A DNA stretch of 32,000 nt from Alkanindiges illinoisensis DSM 15370 (GCF_000619845.1 NZ_KK211037.1:322979-354978); one strand, 5' to 3'. Shown: positions 17,291 through 26,500, counted from the stretch's first letter. Made by a program: numbers and translations. Notes: generated by a model not told the origin, from the sequence alone.

Positions 17291-17444
17291 TCCGATTGGT
17301 TTAGACGAGTTCAGCCATCGGTTCCGCATGCTCAACTCCTGAATCAACACAAGTTTAAGCACTGCCTTTCAATGGTTGGTGCCTTTCGACAGGCTTACGG
17401 GACGTGTCGAACTACAAGCTCAGCCAGCGTCTAACAAGCTTAGC
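17256..17444. repeat. Second array of the TTCGACAAGCTCAGC motif, downstream of the GIY-YIG ORF
   Basis: One perfect copy lies at 17256-17270. Degenerate copies are tttagacgagttcagcc (~17299-17315), tttcgacaggcttac (~17386-17400), gtcgaactacaagctcagcc (~17406-17425) and acaagcttagc (~17434-17444). Confidence 0.7.
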
Positions 17445-17476
17445 AATCCATTGCAGAATATTTGAGGACAACTAAA

Positions 17477-17930
17477 ATGAAACTCGCAGAAGCCTTATTA
17501 CTGCGTAGCGACCAGCAAAAAAAGCTGGCATCAATGAAACAGCGTATCAACGCCAACGTGCTGGTACAGGAAGGCGATACGCCATCGGAAGACCCGAATG
17601 AACTGATGCAACAGGTCTTTGCCTTAACCCATGAAACCCAGGGGCTGATTTTGCAGATTCACCGCACCAATGCGCAGGCAAAACTGGGCGATGGACGCCT
17701 GCTGCTAGAGCTTTTAATGCAGCGTGATGAACTGGCAGAGCGGCATAAAATTATCACCGGGGCCATTGCCAGTACGCACCGTGAGCCGGATCGCTATAGC
17801 GCGCGAAATCAAATGGCAAAAAGTGATACCCGTCGCTAGCCTGCAAAAACAGGCTGATGATATTAGCGCCAAATTGCGAGATTTGAATATTACAATTCAG
17901 GCTGCTAACTGGCAGATTGATGTGGTTTAA
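17477..17930 (+). pseudogene. DIP1984-family (septicolysin-like) helical protein gene, interrupted by a frameshift
   Basis: Two overlapping track ORFs (17462-17839 and 17724-17930) join into one ~150-aa protein: MKLAEALLLRSDQQKKLASMKQRI...REPDRYSAR|EIKWQKVIPVASLQKQADDISAKLRDLNITIQAANWQIDVV. This matches the DIP1984 family pattern as I recall it. The frame changes inside the alternating run agcgcgcg at 17798-17805. GAGGA Shine-Dalgarno 8 nt before the ATG at 17477. A sequencing error cannot be excluded. Confidence 0.65.
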
Positions 17931-17981
17931 CTAACCACGTAAAGAATTTTGCGCATTGCAATTGTGGTGGGCAATACCGTT

Positions 17982-18177
17982 TAGAACATACTGAGCGAGT
18001 GCAAGACCCCCGTAATTCCCGTCTGAGGGGTTGAACAAATATCAGAGGGCTATGGCGCGCGGTGAGCTCGTGCACAACTTTGCATATGGCAAGCTCAGCA
18101 CCTTGCACGATTCAAGCCTTTGCCTAACCCGCAAAGTCACTTGTAACCCAGCACTACCATGCACTGACAGTATGTTC
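17982..18177. mobile_element. 196-bp MITE-like element with terminal inverted repeats, 45 bp upstream of rtcA
   Basis: There is an 11-bp perfect TIR: AGAACATACTG at 17982-17992 and CAGTATGTTCT at 18167-18177. It extends imperfectly to ~20 bp (..agcgagtgca vs ..tcagtgca). The element has internal hairpins (ACCCC..GGGGT, CTTTGCctaacccGCAAAG) and no credible ORF. It shares motifs with the ubi-spacer and recB repeats (agaaca, tgcaagac, ctttgc-ytaa-yc..gcaaag). Confidence 0.6.
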
Positions 18178-18222
18178 TTTTATTTAAACTTAATGATAAA
18201 ACAAATTAATTAGAGAAAAGCA

Positions 18223-19248
18223 ATGACAACAATCATCGATATTGATGGTTCACAAGGGGAAGGGGGCGGCCAGATTTTGCGTACTGCACTATCGCTGTCC
18301 ATGATTACGGGCAAGCCGTTCCGGCTGGTCAATATCCGCGCTGGCCGTAAAAAGCCCGGCTTAATGCGCCAGCATCTGGTTTGTGTGCAGGCGGCCCAGC
18401 GCATCAGTAATGCCAGCGTGCAGGGCGATGAGCTGCACAGCCAGCAGCTTGAATTTTTCCCGCAAGGCATTCAGGCCGGGCAGTATGACTTTAATATTGG
18501 AACGGCAGGCAGCACCATGCTGGTATTGCAAACCCTGCTGCCTGCCCTGTTGCTTCAGGAGAAGTCCAGCCGGATTAGTATTCAGGGCGGCACGCATAAT
18601 CCTATGGCACCGACTGCTGATTTTATCCAGCAATGCTTTTTACCGACAATTTCCAGGATGGGCATTGACGTTGAATTTGAGGTAGAACAAGCCGGATTTT
18701 TCCCGATTGGTGGCGGTAAGGTCACTGCCACTATCCAGCCCTGGCAAAACCGGCAAAGCCTGGATTTAACCAAGCGTGGTGAAGTGCAGGCAGTTAATTC
18801 TTATGCCGGTGTGTTGAATTTAACCGATGATATTGCCAAACGCGAAATGGCCGTGCTGCAAGATCAATTATCGCCTAGTCACAGCCAGCAGGTTTATTTA
18901 AAAGGCATTAGTCAGGGCAATACGGCTTATGTTGCTGTACACAGTGAGCAGCATTGTCAGCTGTTTACCGCACTAGGCGAAATGCGCAAAAGTGCCGAAC
19001 GGGTTGCGCATGATCTAGCGCGCGAGGTGAAAAATTACCTGAAAAGTAATGCGGTCGTAGATGAGCATTTGGCGGATCAGTTGTTACTGCCGCTGGCCTT
19101 GGGCAATGGTGGCACATTTACCGCACAGTGCATAAGCGAACATACCCGCACCCAAGCCGCCATGATTCAAAAATTTCTGGATTGTGAGATTAAATTCGCT
19201 ACCACAATAGATGGCACAGACCTGATTACTGTCATTGCTAGTCATTAA
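18223..19248 (+). CDS. rtcA: RNA 3'-terminal phosphate cyclase RtcA
   Basis: 341 aa. IDGSQGEGGGQILRTALSLSMITGKPFRLVNIRAGRKKPGLMRQHL is the canonical RtcA N-terminus. The active-site His region is present (VDEHLADQLLLPLAL). Confidence 0.93.
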   Translation: MTTIIDIDGSQGEGGGQILRTALSLSMITGKPFRLVNIRAGRKKPGLMRQHLVCVQAAQRISNASVQGDELHSQQLEFFPQGIQAGQYDFNIGTAGSTMLVLQTLLPALLLQEKSSRISIQGGTHNPMAPTADFIQQCFLPTISRMGIDVEFEVEQAGFFPIGGGKVTATIQPWQNRQSLDLTKRGEVQAVNSYAGVLNLTDDIAKREMAVLQDQLSPSHSQQVYLKGISQGNTAYVAVHSEQHCQLFTALGEMRKSAERVAHDLAREVKNYLKSNAVVDEHLADQLLLPLALGNGGTFTAQCISEHTRTQAAMIQKFLDCEIKFATTIDGTDLITVIASH

Positions 19249-19387
19249 ATCTAAAGCGCTAAAAAGACAATTCATGTTATATCTTTAGCGCAATCACAAT
19301 AAATTGAATTAAGAAATTTTGTGATAAGAATCTTGCAATAAAAACTGTAGATCAAAAAAACTACAGCAAGAAAGTTTTGGGGAATTC

Positions 19388-19921
19388 ATGAACGTAAATC
19401 ATTTGCTGGTGGCACTGGTGGCTGCACTGGTGTTTATTGTGGGCGGTACATGGCTTTATACCAGCATATCCAACGAGCAGCACCGTGCCAAGCTGGCCGC
19501 AGCGCACGCTGCCATGCAGGATCATTCGCCGGTTTATACCACTGTTCAGATTAAGATGCAGGGACAGGGCAGGGAAATTACCTTAAAAGGTGTGTTTGAG
19601 TCGGTCGATGCTGAACACTGCTTTAATGAGCAGCAGAAAAGTTCTTCTTTAATGGGCAACTATCAGCAACGCTGCAATAGTGAGCTTAGCTGTCAGTCAG
19701 TTAAGCTGTCATCTTGCAGCACCTTTGTAGAAGCAAACTATAAGGATATGCTGAATAAAAAACCAGCGCCCACACGCTATGTGCATTTGCAAAATGCTCA
19801 GAACCCTAAAGAGCGTGGCGTTTTAGTATTTTGGGGCTTAAACAGCAGCGAAGCTGATGATTTTTGTACGCATATGACCAAACAACGTGTGCCCGAATAC
19901 ATTGAAATGGCCTGTATTTAA
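19388..19921 (+). CDS. Hypothetical N-terminally anchored, Cys-rich protein
   Basis: 177-aa ORF with a GGGGA Shine-Dalgarno 4 nt upstream and one N-terminal TM or signal-anchor helix (LLVALVAALVFIVGGTWLY). Seven Cys residues lie in the predicted extracytoplasmic part. I recognise no family. Confidence 0.55.
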   Translation: MNVNHLLVALVAALVFIVGGTWLYTSISNEQHRAKLAAAHAAMQDHSPVYTTVQIKMQGQGREITLKGVFESVDAEHCFNEQQKSSSLMGNYQQRCNSELSCQSVKLSSCSTFVEANYKDMLNKKPAPTRYVHLQNAQNPKERGVLVFWGLNSSEADDFCTHMTKQRVPEYIEMACI

Positions 19922-19957
19922 CCAACGATTGAATAGGCAAAAAACAGCTTATGTACT

Positions 19958-19991
19958 GATAGGCTTAATCTAAATACAGACTAAGCCTATC
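19958..19991. terminator. Putative bidirectional hairpin terminator between convergent genes
   Basis: A perfect 10-bp inverted repeat, GATAGGCTTA (19958-19967) and TAAGCCTATC (19982-19991), has a 14-nt loop. It sits in the 79-bp gap between the stops at 19921 (+) and 20001 (-). The flanks are A/T-rich, but there is no long U-tract. Confidence 0.5.
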
Positions 19992-20000
19992 GAAATACTT

Positions 20001-21836
20001 TTAATTTGTATCATCTTCTACTAAGAAACCGCCACTCTGGTGCGTCCAGAGCCGCGCATAAATCCCATTTTTGGCCAGCAATTCCTGATGAGTGCCCTGT
20101 TCCACAATTTGTCCCTGATCCATCACAATCAGCCGATCCATGGCTGCAATGGTAGACAATCGATGGGCAATGGCAATTACGGTTTTGCCCTGCATCAGCT
20201 TGTACAGACTATGCTGAATAGCTGCTTCCACTTCCGAATCCAGCGCGCTAGTGGCTTCATCCAGCAGTAGAATGGGTGCATCTTTTAGCATCACGCGGGC
20301 AATCGCAATGCGTTGACGCTGGCCACCTGATAGTTTAACCCCACGCTCGCCCACATGGGCATCAAAGCCGGTACGGCCATTGGGGTCAGTCAGGTGAGCA
20401 ATAAATTCATCGGCTTCGGCTTGCTGGGCAGCGGCAATCAGTTCAGCCTCGCTGGCATCCGGCTTGCCATAAAGGATATTTTCACGTACCGAACGATGCA
20501 GTAGTGAGGTGTCTTGCGTCACCATGCCAATTTGAGCGCGCAAACTGTCTTGGGTAACCTGCGCAATATCCTGCCCATCAATCAGAATACGCCCCTGTTG
20601 CGGCTCATAAAAATGCAGCAGCAGGTTAATCAGGGTCGATTTACCCGCGCCGGAACGTCCCACCAGTCCAATTTTTTCACCAGCCTGAATATCCAGATTC
20701 AGGTGAGATAAAATCGGTTTGTCCGGGCTATAGGCAAAGCTGACGTTGTCAAATTGCACCCGGCTTTGCGTCACTTTTAAGGTGGTGGCATTGGGTTTGT
20801 CTTCAATTAGTTGCGGCTTGGTCAGGGTGTTAATGCCATCCTGTACGGTGCCAATATTTTCAAACAGGGATGAAATTTCCCACATGATCCACTGGGCAAA
20901 ACCATTTAAGCGCAAGGCCATGGCTGTGGTTGCTGCAACAGCGCCAATGCCCAGCGCTGAATTTGACCACAACCACAGTGCCACACCGGAAGTTGATAAA
21001 ATCAAAAATGCATTGAGGCACTGGTTGGTGAGTTGCAGCCACGTGACCAGCCGCATTTGCTGGTGTACCGTCACCAGAAAATCATCCATGGATTCACGGG
21101 CATAATCTGCTTCACGCCCAGCATGCGAAAACAGCTTCACGGTTTGAATGTTGGTGTAGGCATCAGTCACCCGGCCAACCATATTGGAGCGGGCATTGGC
21201 CTGTGACTTGGCAATGGCACCCAGCCGCGGCAGGAAATAATACATACTTAGACTGTAGGCAGTGAGCCAGATAAAAAATGGCACCAGCATCCACAGGCTA
21301 AATGAGCCCATCACCAGACTCAAGGTGACAAAATACACCAGCATAAAGGCCAGAATATCAGCAGCCAGCATCCATACGTCCCGCACCGCCAGTGAGGTTT
21401 GCATCACTTTGGTGGCAATGCGTCCGGCAAAGTCATCGCTAAAAAAGCCAAGACTTTGACTTAACACTTGGCGGTGAAAGTTCCAGCGCAGCCGCATGGG
21501 GAAAGTACCCAGCAAGCCCTGATGCTTGATCAGCGATTGCAAGCCCACCAGCAAAATACTGCCCACAATTACAGCAGCCAATATGCCCAGACGCATGCCT
21601 TCCTTTTGCCATAATAGGGCAGGCTCAACATGACTGAGCCAGTCCACCATTTTGCCCATCATGGCAAACAGCATGGCTTCAAAAATGCCAATAATGGCAG
21701 TGAGGACGGTGAGGCCAATAATCAGCCCGCGTGTGCCTTTGGTGGCCTGCCAGATAAAGGCAAAAAACTGTTGCGGTAACAGCGGTGGTGGTGCATCAGG
21801 ATAGGGATGAATCCGCTTTTCAAACCAGCTAAACAT
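20001..21836 (-). CDS. ABC transporter, fused permease/ATP-binding protein (type I exporter, MsbA/multidrug-like)
   Basis: 611 aa. The N-terminal six-TM exporter domain is followed by an NBD with Walker A (GRSGAGKST), signature (LSGGQRQR), Walker B (ILLLDEATSALD) and an H-loop (IAHRLST). Confidence 0.9.
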   Translation of the reverse strand: MFSWFEKRIHPYPDAPPPLLPQQFFAFIWQATKGTRGLIIGLTVLTAIIGIFEAMLFAMMGKMVDWLSHVEPALLWQKEGMRLGILAAVIVGSILLVGLQSLIKHQGLLGTFPMRLRWNFHRQVLSQSLGFFSDDFAGRIATKVMQTSLAVRDVWMLAADILAFMLVYFVTLSLVMGSFSLWMLVPFFIWLTAYSLSMYYFLPRLGAIAKSQANARSNMVGRVTDAYTNIQTVKLFSHAGREADYARESMDDFLVTVHQQMRLVTWLQLTNQCLNAFLILSTSGVALWLWSNSALGIGAVAATTAMALRLNGFAQWIMWEISSLFENIGTVQDGINTLTKPQLIEDKPNATTLKVTQSRVQFDNVSFAYSPDKPILSHLNLDIQAGEKIGLVGRSGAGKSTLINLLLHFYEPQQGRILIDGQDIAQVTQDSLRAQIGMVTQDTSLLHRSVRENILYGKPDASEAELIAAAQQAEADEFIAHLTDPNGRTGFDAHVGERGVKLSGGQRQRIAIARVMLKDAPILLLDEATSALDSEVEAAIQHSLYKLMQGKTVIAIAHRLSTIAAMDRLIVMDQGQIVEQGTHQELLAKNGIYARLWTHQSGGFLVEDDTN

Positions 21837-22133
21837 GAAATGTCCTTGAAAGTGTGTAACCCGAGAAGCCTAAGATAAAGAATAACGCCAGTCGGCTCAC
21901 AGCGTGTTAACTGATCAATACAGCATTAATGAATGAAAGACTGCCTAACATTGTTGTTATTACGAGAGGGCAGCTAGGGTTCAATAATAAACCCAGTTTT
22001 AAATGATTATAGTCTTTAATAACCCGTCAGGTTTAACAGAAAACCTAAAATTACAATGTATGAAAACAGGTTAATCACAACTAGTCATTGTGACTGTAAT
22101 TATGATTAGCCCGTTTGCGGTTAATACGCTGGC

Positions 22134-22637
22134 TTACTGTTTTTTTTGCTGCTGTTGCATTTGCTTGGCCAGTTTATAGCTGTCTTCCACATGCGTCAGG
22201 GCAATTTTTTTCAAAATCTGGTAACCCAGTGTGGCTGCCACAATCTGCCCACCTAATGGTACAAACTTGGTCACTTGCTTGGTCAGGATTTTCCCGGCAA
22301 AACCGCTAAGGCTCTTGCGTGCCACGGCACGGGTGGTCACCAGTCCGGCAAACTGAATACCACGCTTACGCAAGGCATTCCAGTGCACCTGACGGGTTTT
22401 GGGGTCATACACGGCAATTTGTTCTGGTTCCAGCCCAAACTTGGCGTTGATTTGCGGCAGCAATACGCTGAGCACGCTGGTATCAATCACTACATCCAGA
22501 AAAGGCACTGGGACTACGGCTGCTCCGGCAGAAATCCAGGCGCGTTTCTTGACCAGATCAATGCATTCACGGCGAATCAGTTCCAGATCCAGTGTTGGGC
22601 TAATCAGGTGTTCATCGGCATTTTTGGCAGTTGTCAT
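22134..22637 (-). CDS. Hypothetical protein, possibly DUF697-like
   Basis: ORF reading MTTAKNADEHL...AAVVPVPFLDVVIDTSVLSVLLPQINAKFG. The P.PF.D...D and hydrophobic pattern resembles DUF697 (YcjF-type) domains. The start is set at ATG 22637 because of a GGAGA Shine-Dalgarno 5 nt upstream; the track start at 22691 lacks one. Gln/Lys-rich C-terminal tail. Confidence 0.55.
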   Translation of the reverse strand: MTTAKNADEHLISPTLDLELIRRECIDLVKKRAWISAGAAVVPVPFLDVVIDTSVLSVLLPQINAKFGLEPEQIAVYDPKTRQVHWNALRKRGIQFAGLVTTRAVARKSLSGFAGKILTKQVTKFVPLGGQIVAATLGYQILKKIALTHVEDSYKLAKQMQQQQKKQ

Positions 22638-23056
22638 TTTTTCTCCACGGTCATTAGAAAAGCAGTTATTAAATATAAAAAGGCTGATCATCTGGTGTGC
22701 AAAGCTATGATTTAATCAAAGCTCAACTCACATAACATCCGGCATAAACCAGCCAAATAAATGGATGCATTAAACGCTTGGTCATAAAGTGCCATAAAAC
22801 CAGTGGTTTGAGTTAGGGATTCGTTTAGTGTTCCTGATAATCTTTGTAAATGTTCAAAAGCACTGCTAAATGCGCCTGAAAAAATGGTGGTTATGAAACA
22901 GCAGCGCCAGTGTTTTTAGTGTGATGCAGATCAGCACAACCGGCGCAAATGGGTTAAGATAAGGCGCAATAAACAAGGGATGTTGCAAGAACGCCAAGGC
23001 AGTATTGCTGATTGTTATTTGATCCATTTTTATTCAAGGCGGTGTCCTAATTAGCC

Positions 23057-26000
23057 ATGCTTAACATTACCCAAAGTCAGCGTATTGATCTGCTGTTTGC
23101 AGCCATGCAGGACTTTTTTGCCGCGCATCCGGTGGGAGTGCTGGAGGCACAGCAGGTGATTGTGCCGTCGCACGGGGTAGGGGTGTGGCTGCGTTATCAA
23201 CTGGCTAGCCAGCAGGGTATTAGCGCGCGCCTAAATACCGACTTTTTTGGGACATACCAGTGGACCCTGTATCGGCGTGTGCTGGGCAATCATATTCCGC
23301 GCAGTGCACCCTTTGCACGGCAGGTCATTCAATGGAAGCTGTTTGCCTATTTTCTGGCAGTGCTCAAGCAGCCTGAGCAATATGAACAGGCACAGCAGGT
23401 ACTGAAGCCGCTATTTGAACGGCTGCAACATCATTCAGCCAATCCTGCCAAAAACCAGCAGCGCCTACTATGGAAAATGGCCGAACACATTGCACAGGTA
23501 TTTGCCAATTATGTGCTGTATCGGCCCGAATGGCTGGTGCGCTGGGGCAAAGGCCAGTTACTGGATATGATTCCGGTGATTCAGCACATGGATGCCAAGA
23601 CCCCGGAATGGCTGCTGCAACGCTACAGCGACATGGAGCTGTGGCAGCAGTTTTTATGGCAAACCCTGTTTAGTGAAGACTTTGAAAAGCACCAGAATAT
23701 CCGGCGCAATTTCTGGCAGATACTGGAGACAAACCCGGCCAAGCGCAAGGTGCTGCCCAAAAGCCTGACCGTGTTTACCGTGCTGCAATTGCCGCCGTCC
23801 GAATTTACTTTTCTTAAGGAACTGGCACGCTATATTGATATCCAGTTTTTGCATTACAACCCCTCGCAGGAATACTGGGCGGATAGCGTTGATCCGCTGT
23901 GGCTCAAGCAGTTTGAACTCAAAAACCCCAAGGCTGCCGCCCTGTTTGACAGCCGTCATCCGTTACTGACCCGCATGGGCAAGCAGGCGCGCGATATTTT
24001 TGCCCTGCTGGCTGAACTATCGGGCAATGATGTGAGCCATCAGGGTGAATGGCTGGATCTGTTTCCGGCTTATTTTCCCAATACCCTGCTGGGACAAATC
24101 CAGCATGACGTGCTGCATCTGGTGCAACCACAAAAGCATGGTTTTAAATTGCAGGCGCAGGATGATTCCATTCAGGTGCATGCCTGCCATTCGCCATTGC
24201 GCCAGCTGGAAGTGCTGCGTGAACAACTGATGGGCTGGCTAAGTGCCGATAAGACCCGCAAGCCTGCTGATATTGTGGTGTTTGTGCCCAACCTGAATGA
24301 GATTGCGCCGCTGGTGCGCACGGTGTTTTCAGCGCAAAGCGGCATGTTTTTACCCGTGCATATTACTGGCGTGGCGCAGGCTGATGCCGAACAGTTATGG
24401 CAAGCCATGACCGGACGTTATTATTTGCTGGATGGCCGTTTTAGTGTTGAGGATTTGCTGGACTGGCTGGGTCTGGAAGCGGTACAGGAGTTGTATGCCT
24501 TAAACCGTGAAGACGTACAACGCCTGGGTGAGCTATTGGCAGATGCGGGTTTCCGTCGTGGTTTTGATGGCGCGCACTTGCGTGAAACGCTGGCTGATGG
24601 CGACCATGACACCCGCTTTACCCTGGAGTTTGCCTTAAACCGCCTGATGCTGGGCATTGCCATGCCAGTGCAGGCTGTTCATGCCGGTGTGCTGGCCTAC
24701 GAGGGTGTTGGGCGGCAGGATTTTGAACTGCTGGCCAAGTTATCCCGGATTTATCAGGATTTGGACGTCCGGCGTCACTGGCTGAAAACCCACAATAAAT
24801 CACAGCATCAAAGTCTACAGGACTGGCTTAGCTTGCTGCGTGAAGAACTCAGCAGTGACTTTGACCATACCACAGGCACAATTGGCGGCAAGGGCGTAGC
24901 CTGTGCGCTGGATGAATTGCAGCACAGTCTGGATTTAACCCAAAGCTCGCAGTTGAACCTGCCATTCCGTTTTGTACTGGATGAGGTGGGGCAAATTCTG
25001 GAACAGGCGCCACCCGGTTCGGTGCCAACCGGAAAAATTACCTTTAGCCGTCTGGGCACATTGCGTCCGCTACCGTATAAGCTAGTGGTCATGCTTAATC
25101 TGGACAGTGGCCTGTTTCCCGCACGCGACACTAAAAACACCTTTGATTTGATGAGCGTGATGCCTGCACAGCGCGGTGACCGTTCGCGCCTGATTGATGA
25201 ACAGGGCGCTTTTCTGGATGGCCTGTTGCTGGCACAGGAGGCCTGCTGGATGTTTTACAATGGCTTTGATGTCAGCGATACCCAGCCACGCCAGCCGTCC
25301 GGCACCTTGCAGGAACTGATTGAGTTTATCCGCGACATGCTGGAAACACCGGACATGCTGTATGCACACATCGTGCATTACCATACGCTGGAACCATTTG
25401 AGCTAATGAATTTTCAGGCGCAAACAAGCAACACGCAATCCAGCAATCCAGATTCTACGATAGTCCTTGGCAAAAACCAGTTAAGTCATGGCAAGCCGCG
25501 CAGCTATCACGGCACATGGTCGACGGTAGCTGCCAACCTGCAACAGCAGTTCCCGGTGGTTAAGTGGCTGGACCAGGACTTGATTCATGAGGCGCAGGGA
25601 CTACTGTCGCTAGAGCGTATTATTCGCCAGTTGTGCCGTCCAGCCAGCCATTTTTTAAGCCAGAGCCGCGTACAGCAAATTGCCCGGCAAGACTTGCCCG
25701 CCATTTTTGAACCCTTAAGCCTGAACAAGCTGGATGAATATCATATTCGCGCGTTACATCAGCAGCAGCCGGATCAACTGGCGCAGGGTCATTTGCAGGC
25801 CATTTTGCCGGTAGGAAGTGCGGCCATGGCCTACTGGAAAAAAAGTCAGGCCGAGGCTGCGCGCAACCGCCAGCGCTTGCGCCGTTATGGCGAGCAGGAA
25901 ACAGCACTCACCGAACGGGTATTAATGCTTGAACCATGGCAATTGCGGGTACAGGTGCCAGCGGATGAACAGTGTCAGCTCTGGTTAAGCCAATATCCCT

Positions 26001-26500
26001 ATAAACAAAAAGGCCAGCGCCAGTTGCGTTACTGGCTGGAGCATCTGGCCTGGCATATCCAGCGCAACACACAAGCAACTGATGTACAGCAGGACATTGG
26101 CCAGCGGGTGATTGTGCTCAGTGATAGCACGCTGATTTATCAACCTGTCACCGCTATTGTCGCTAGTGCGCAGTTGCTCAAATGGCTGGACGTGTGGCAA
26201 CAGGCCAGTTGTGCGCCGTGGGTGTTGCCACCCAATCTGGTGCTGCATGCATCCGGTGTGCATTATGATGCAGAACAGCAACAGGCCAGTATTAAAAATC
26301 TGGATAGCCTGTGCAAGACATGGCTGGACGGTAATAGTTTCTGGCCCGTGCAGGAGCAGGAAGATTGCGCCCAGCACCGTGACTGGCAACTGATTTTACG
26401 CGGGCAGGATGCAGGGCAGCTATTTGCTGACTTTATGCAGCAGCATGCGATTGTGCTGTATCAGCCGATTAAACAGTTCAGTCAGGTGCTTAATCAATGA
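23057..26500 (+). CDS. recC: Exodeoxyribonuclease V gamma subunit RecC
   Basis: 1147 aa, a length typical of RecC. The N-terminus and internal blocks match the RecC pattern (VIVPSHGVGVWLRYQLA, VFTVLQLPPSEFTFLKELA, SFSRLGTLRPLPYKLVVMLNLDSGLFP). It lies immediately upstream of recB-recD. Confidence 0.9.
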   Translation: MLNITQSQRIDLLFAAMQDFFAAHPVGVLEAQQVIVPSHGVGVWLRYQLASQQGISARLNTDFFGTYQWTLYRRVLGNHIPRSAPFARQVIQWKLFAYFLAVLKQPEQYEQAQQVLKPLFERLQHHSANPAKNQQRLLWKMAEHIAQVFANYVLYRPEWLVRWGKGQLLDMIPVIQHMDAKTPEWLLQRYSDMELWQQFLWQTLFSEDFEKHQNIRRNFWQILETNPAKRKVLPKSLTVFTVLQLPPSEFTFLKELARYIDIQFLHYNPSQEYWADSVDPLWLKQFELKNPKAAALFDSRHPLLTRMGKQARDIFALLAELSGNDVSHQGEWLDLFPAYFPNTLLGQIQHDVLHLVQPQKHGFKLQAQDDSIQVHACHSPLRQLEVLREQLMGWLSADKTRKPADIVVFVPNLNEIAPLVRTVFSAQSGMFLPVHITGVAQADAEQLWQAMTGRYYLLDGRFSVEDLLDWLGLEAVQELYALNREDVQRLGELLADAGFRRGFDGAHLRETLADGDHDTRFTLEFALNRLMLGIAMPVQAVHAGVLAYEGVGRQDFELLAKLSRIYQDLDVRRHWLKTHNKSQHQSLQDWLSLLREELSSDFDHTTGTIGGKGVACALDELQHSLDLTQSSQLNLPFRFVLDEVGQILEQAPPGSVPTGKITFSRLGTLRPLPYKLVVMLNLDSGLFPARDTKNTFDLMSVMPAQRGDRSRLIDEQGAFLDGLLLAQEACWMFYNGFDVSDTQPRQPSGTLQELIEFIRDMLETPDMLYAHIVHYHTLEPFELMNFQAQTSNTQSSNPDSTIVLGKNQLSHGKPRSYHGTWSTVAANLQQQFPVVKWLDQDLIHEAQGLLSLERIIRQLCRPASHFLSQSRVQQIARQDLPAIFEPLSLNKLDEYHIRALHQQQPDQLAQGHLQAILPVGSAAMAYWKKSQAEAARNRQRLRRYGEQETALTERVLMLEPWQLRVQVPADEQCQLWLSQYPYKQKGQRQLRYWLEHLAWHIQRNTQATDVQQDIGQRVIVLSDSTLIYQPVTAIVASAQLLKWLDVWQQASCAPWVLPPNLVLHASGVHYDAEQQQASIKNLDSLCKTWLDGNSFWPVQEQEDCAQHRDWQLILRGQDAGQLFADFMQQHAIVLYQPIKQFSQVLNQ

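Noticed and set aside
17905-18213. Track ORFs 17905-18108 (-) and 18031-18213 (+)
   Set aside because: They lie within or across the MITE-like element and the rtcA leader. They have no ribosome-binding sites and their composition is Cys/Arg-rich.
19405-19412. Exact E. coli Chi octamer GCTGGTGG a few kb from recBCD
   Set aside because: Chi sequences are species-specific and an 8-mer is expected by chance in 32 kb. It lies inside a coding region and shows no clustering.
22866-23027. 53-codon minus-strand ORF (MDQITISNTALAFLQHPLFIAPYLNPFAPVVLICITLKTLALLFHNHHFFRRI) in the recC upstream region
   Set aside because: It is hydrophobic and could be a small membrane peptide. However, it has no Shine-Dalgarno motif and no recognisable family, and it is below the size where I can judge coding potential by eye.
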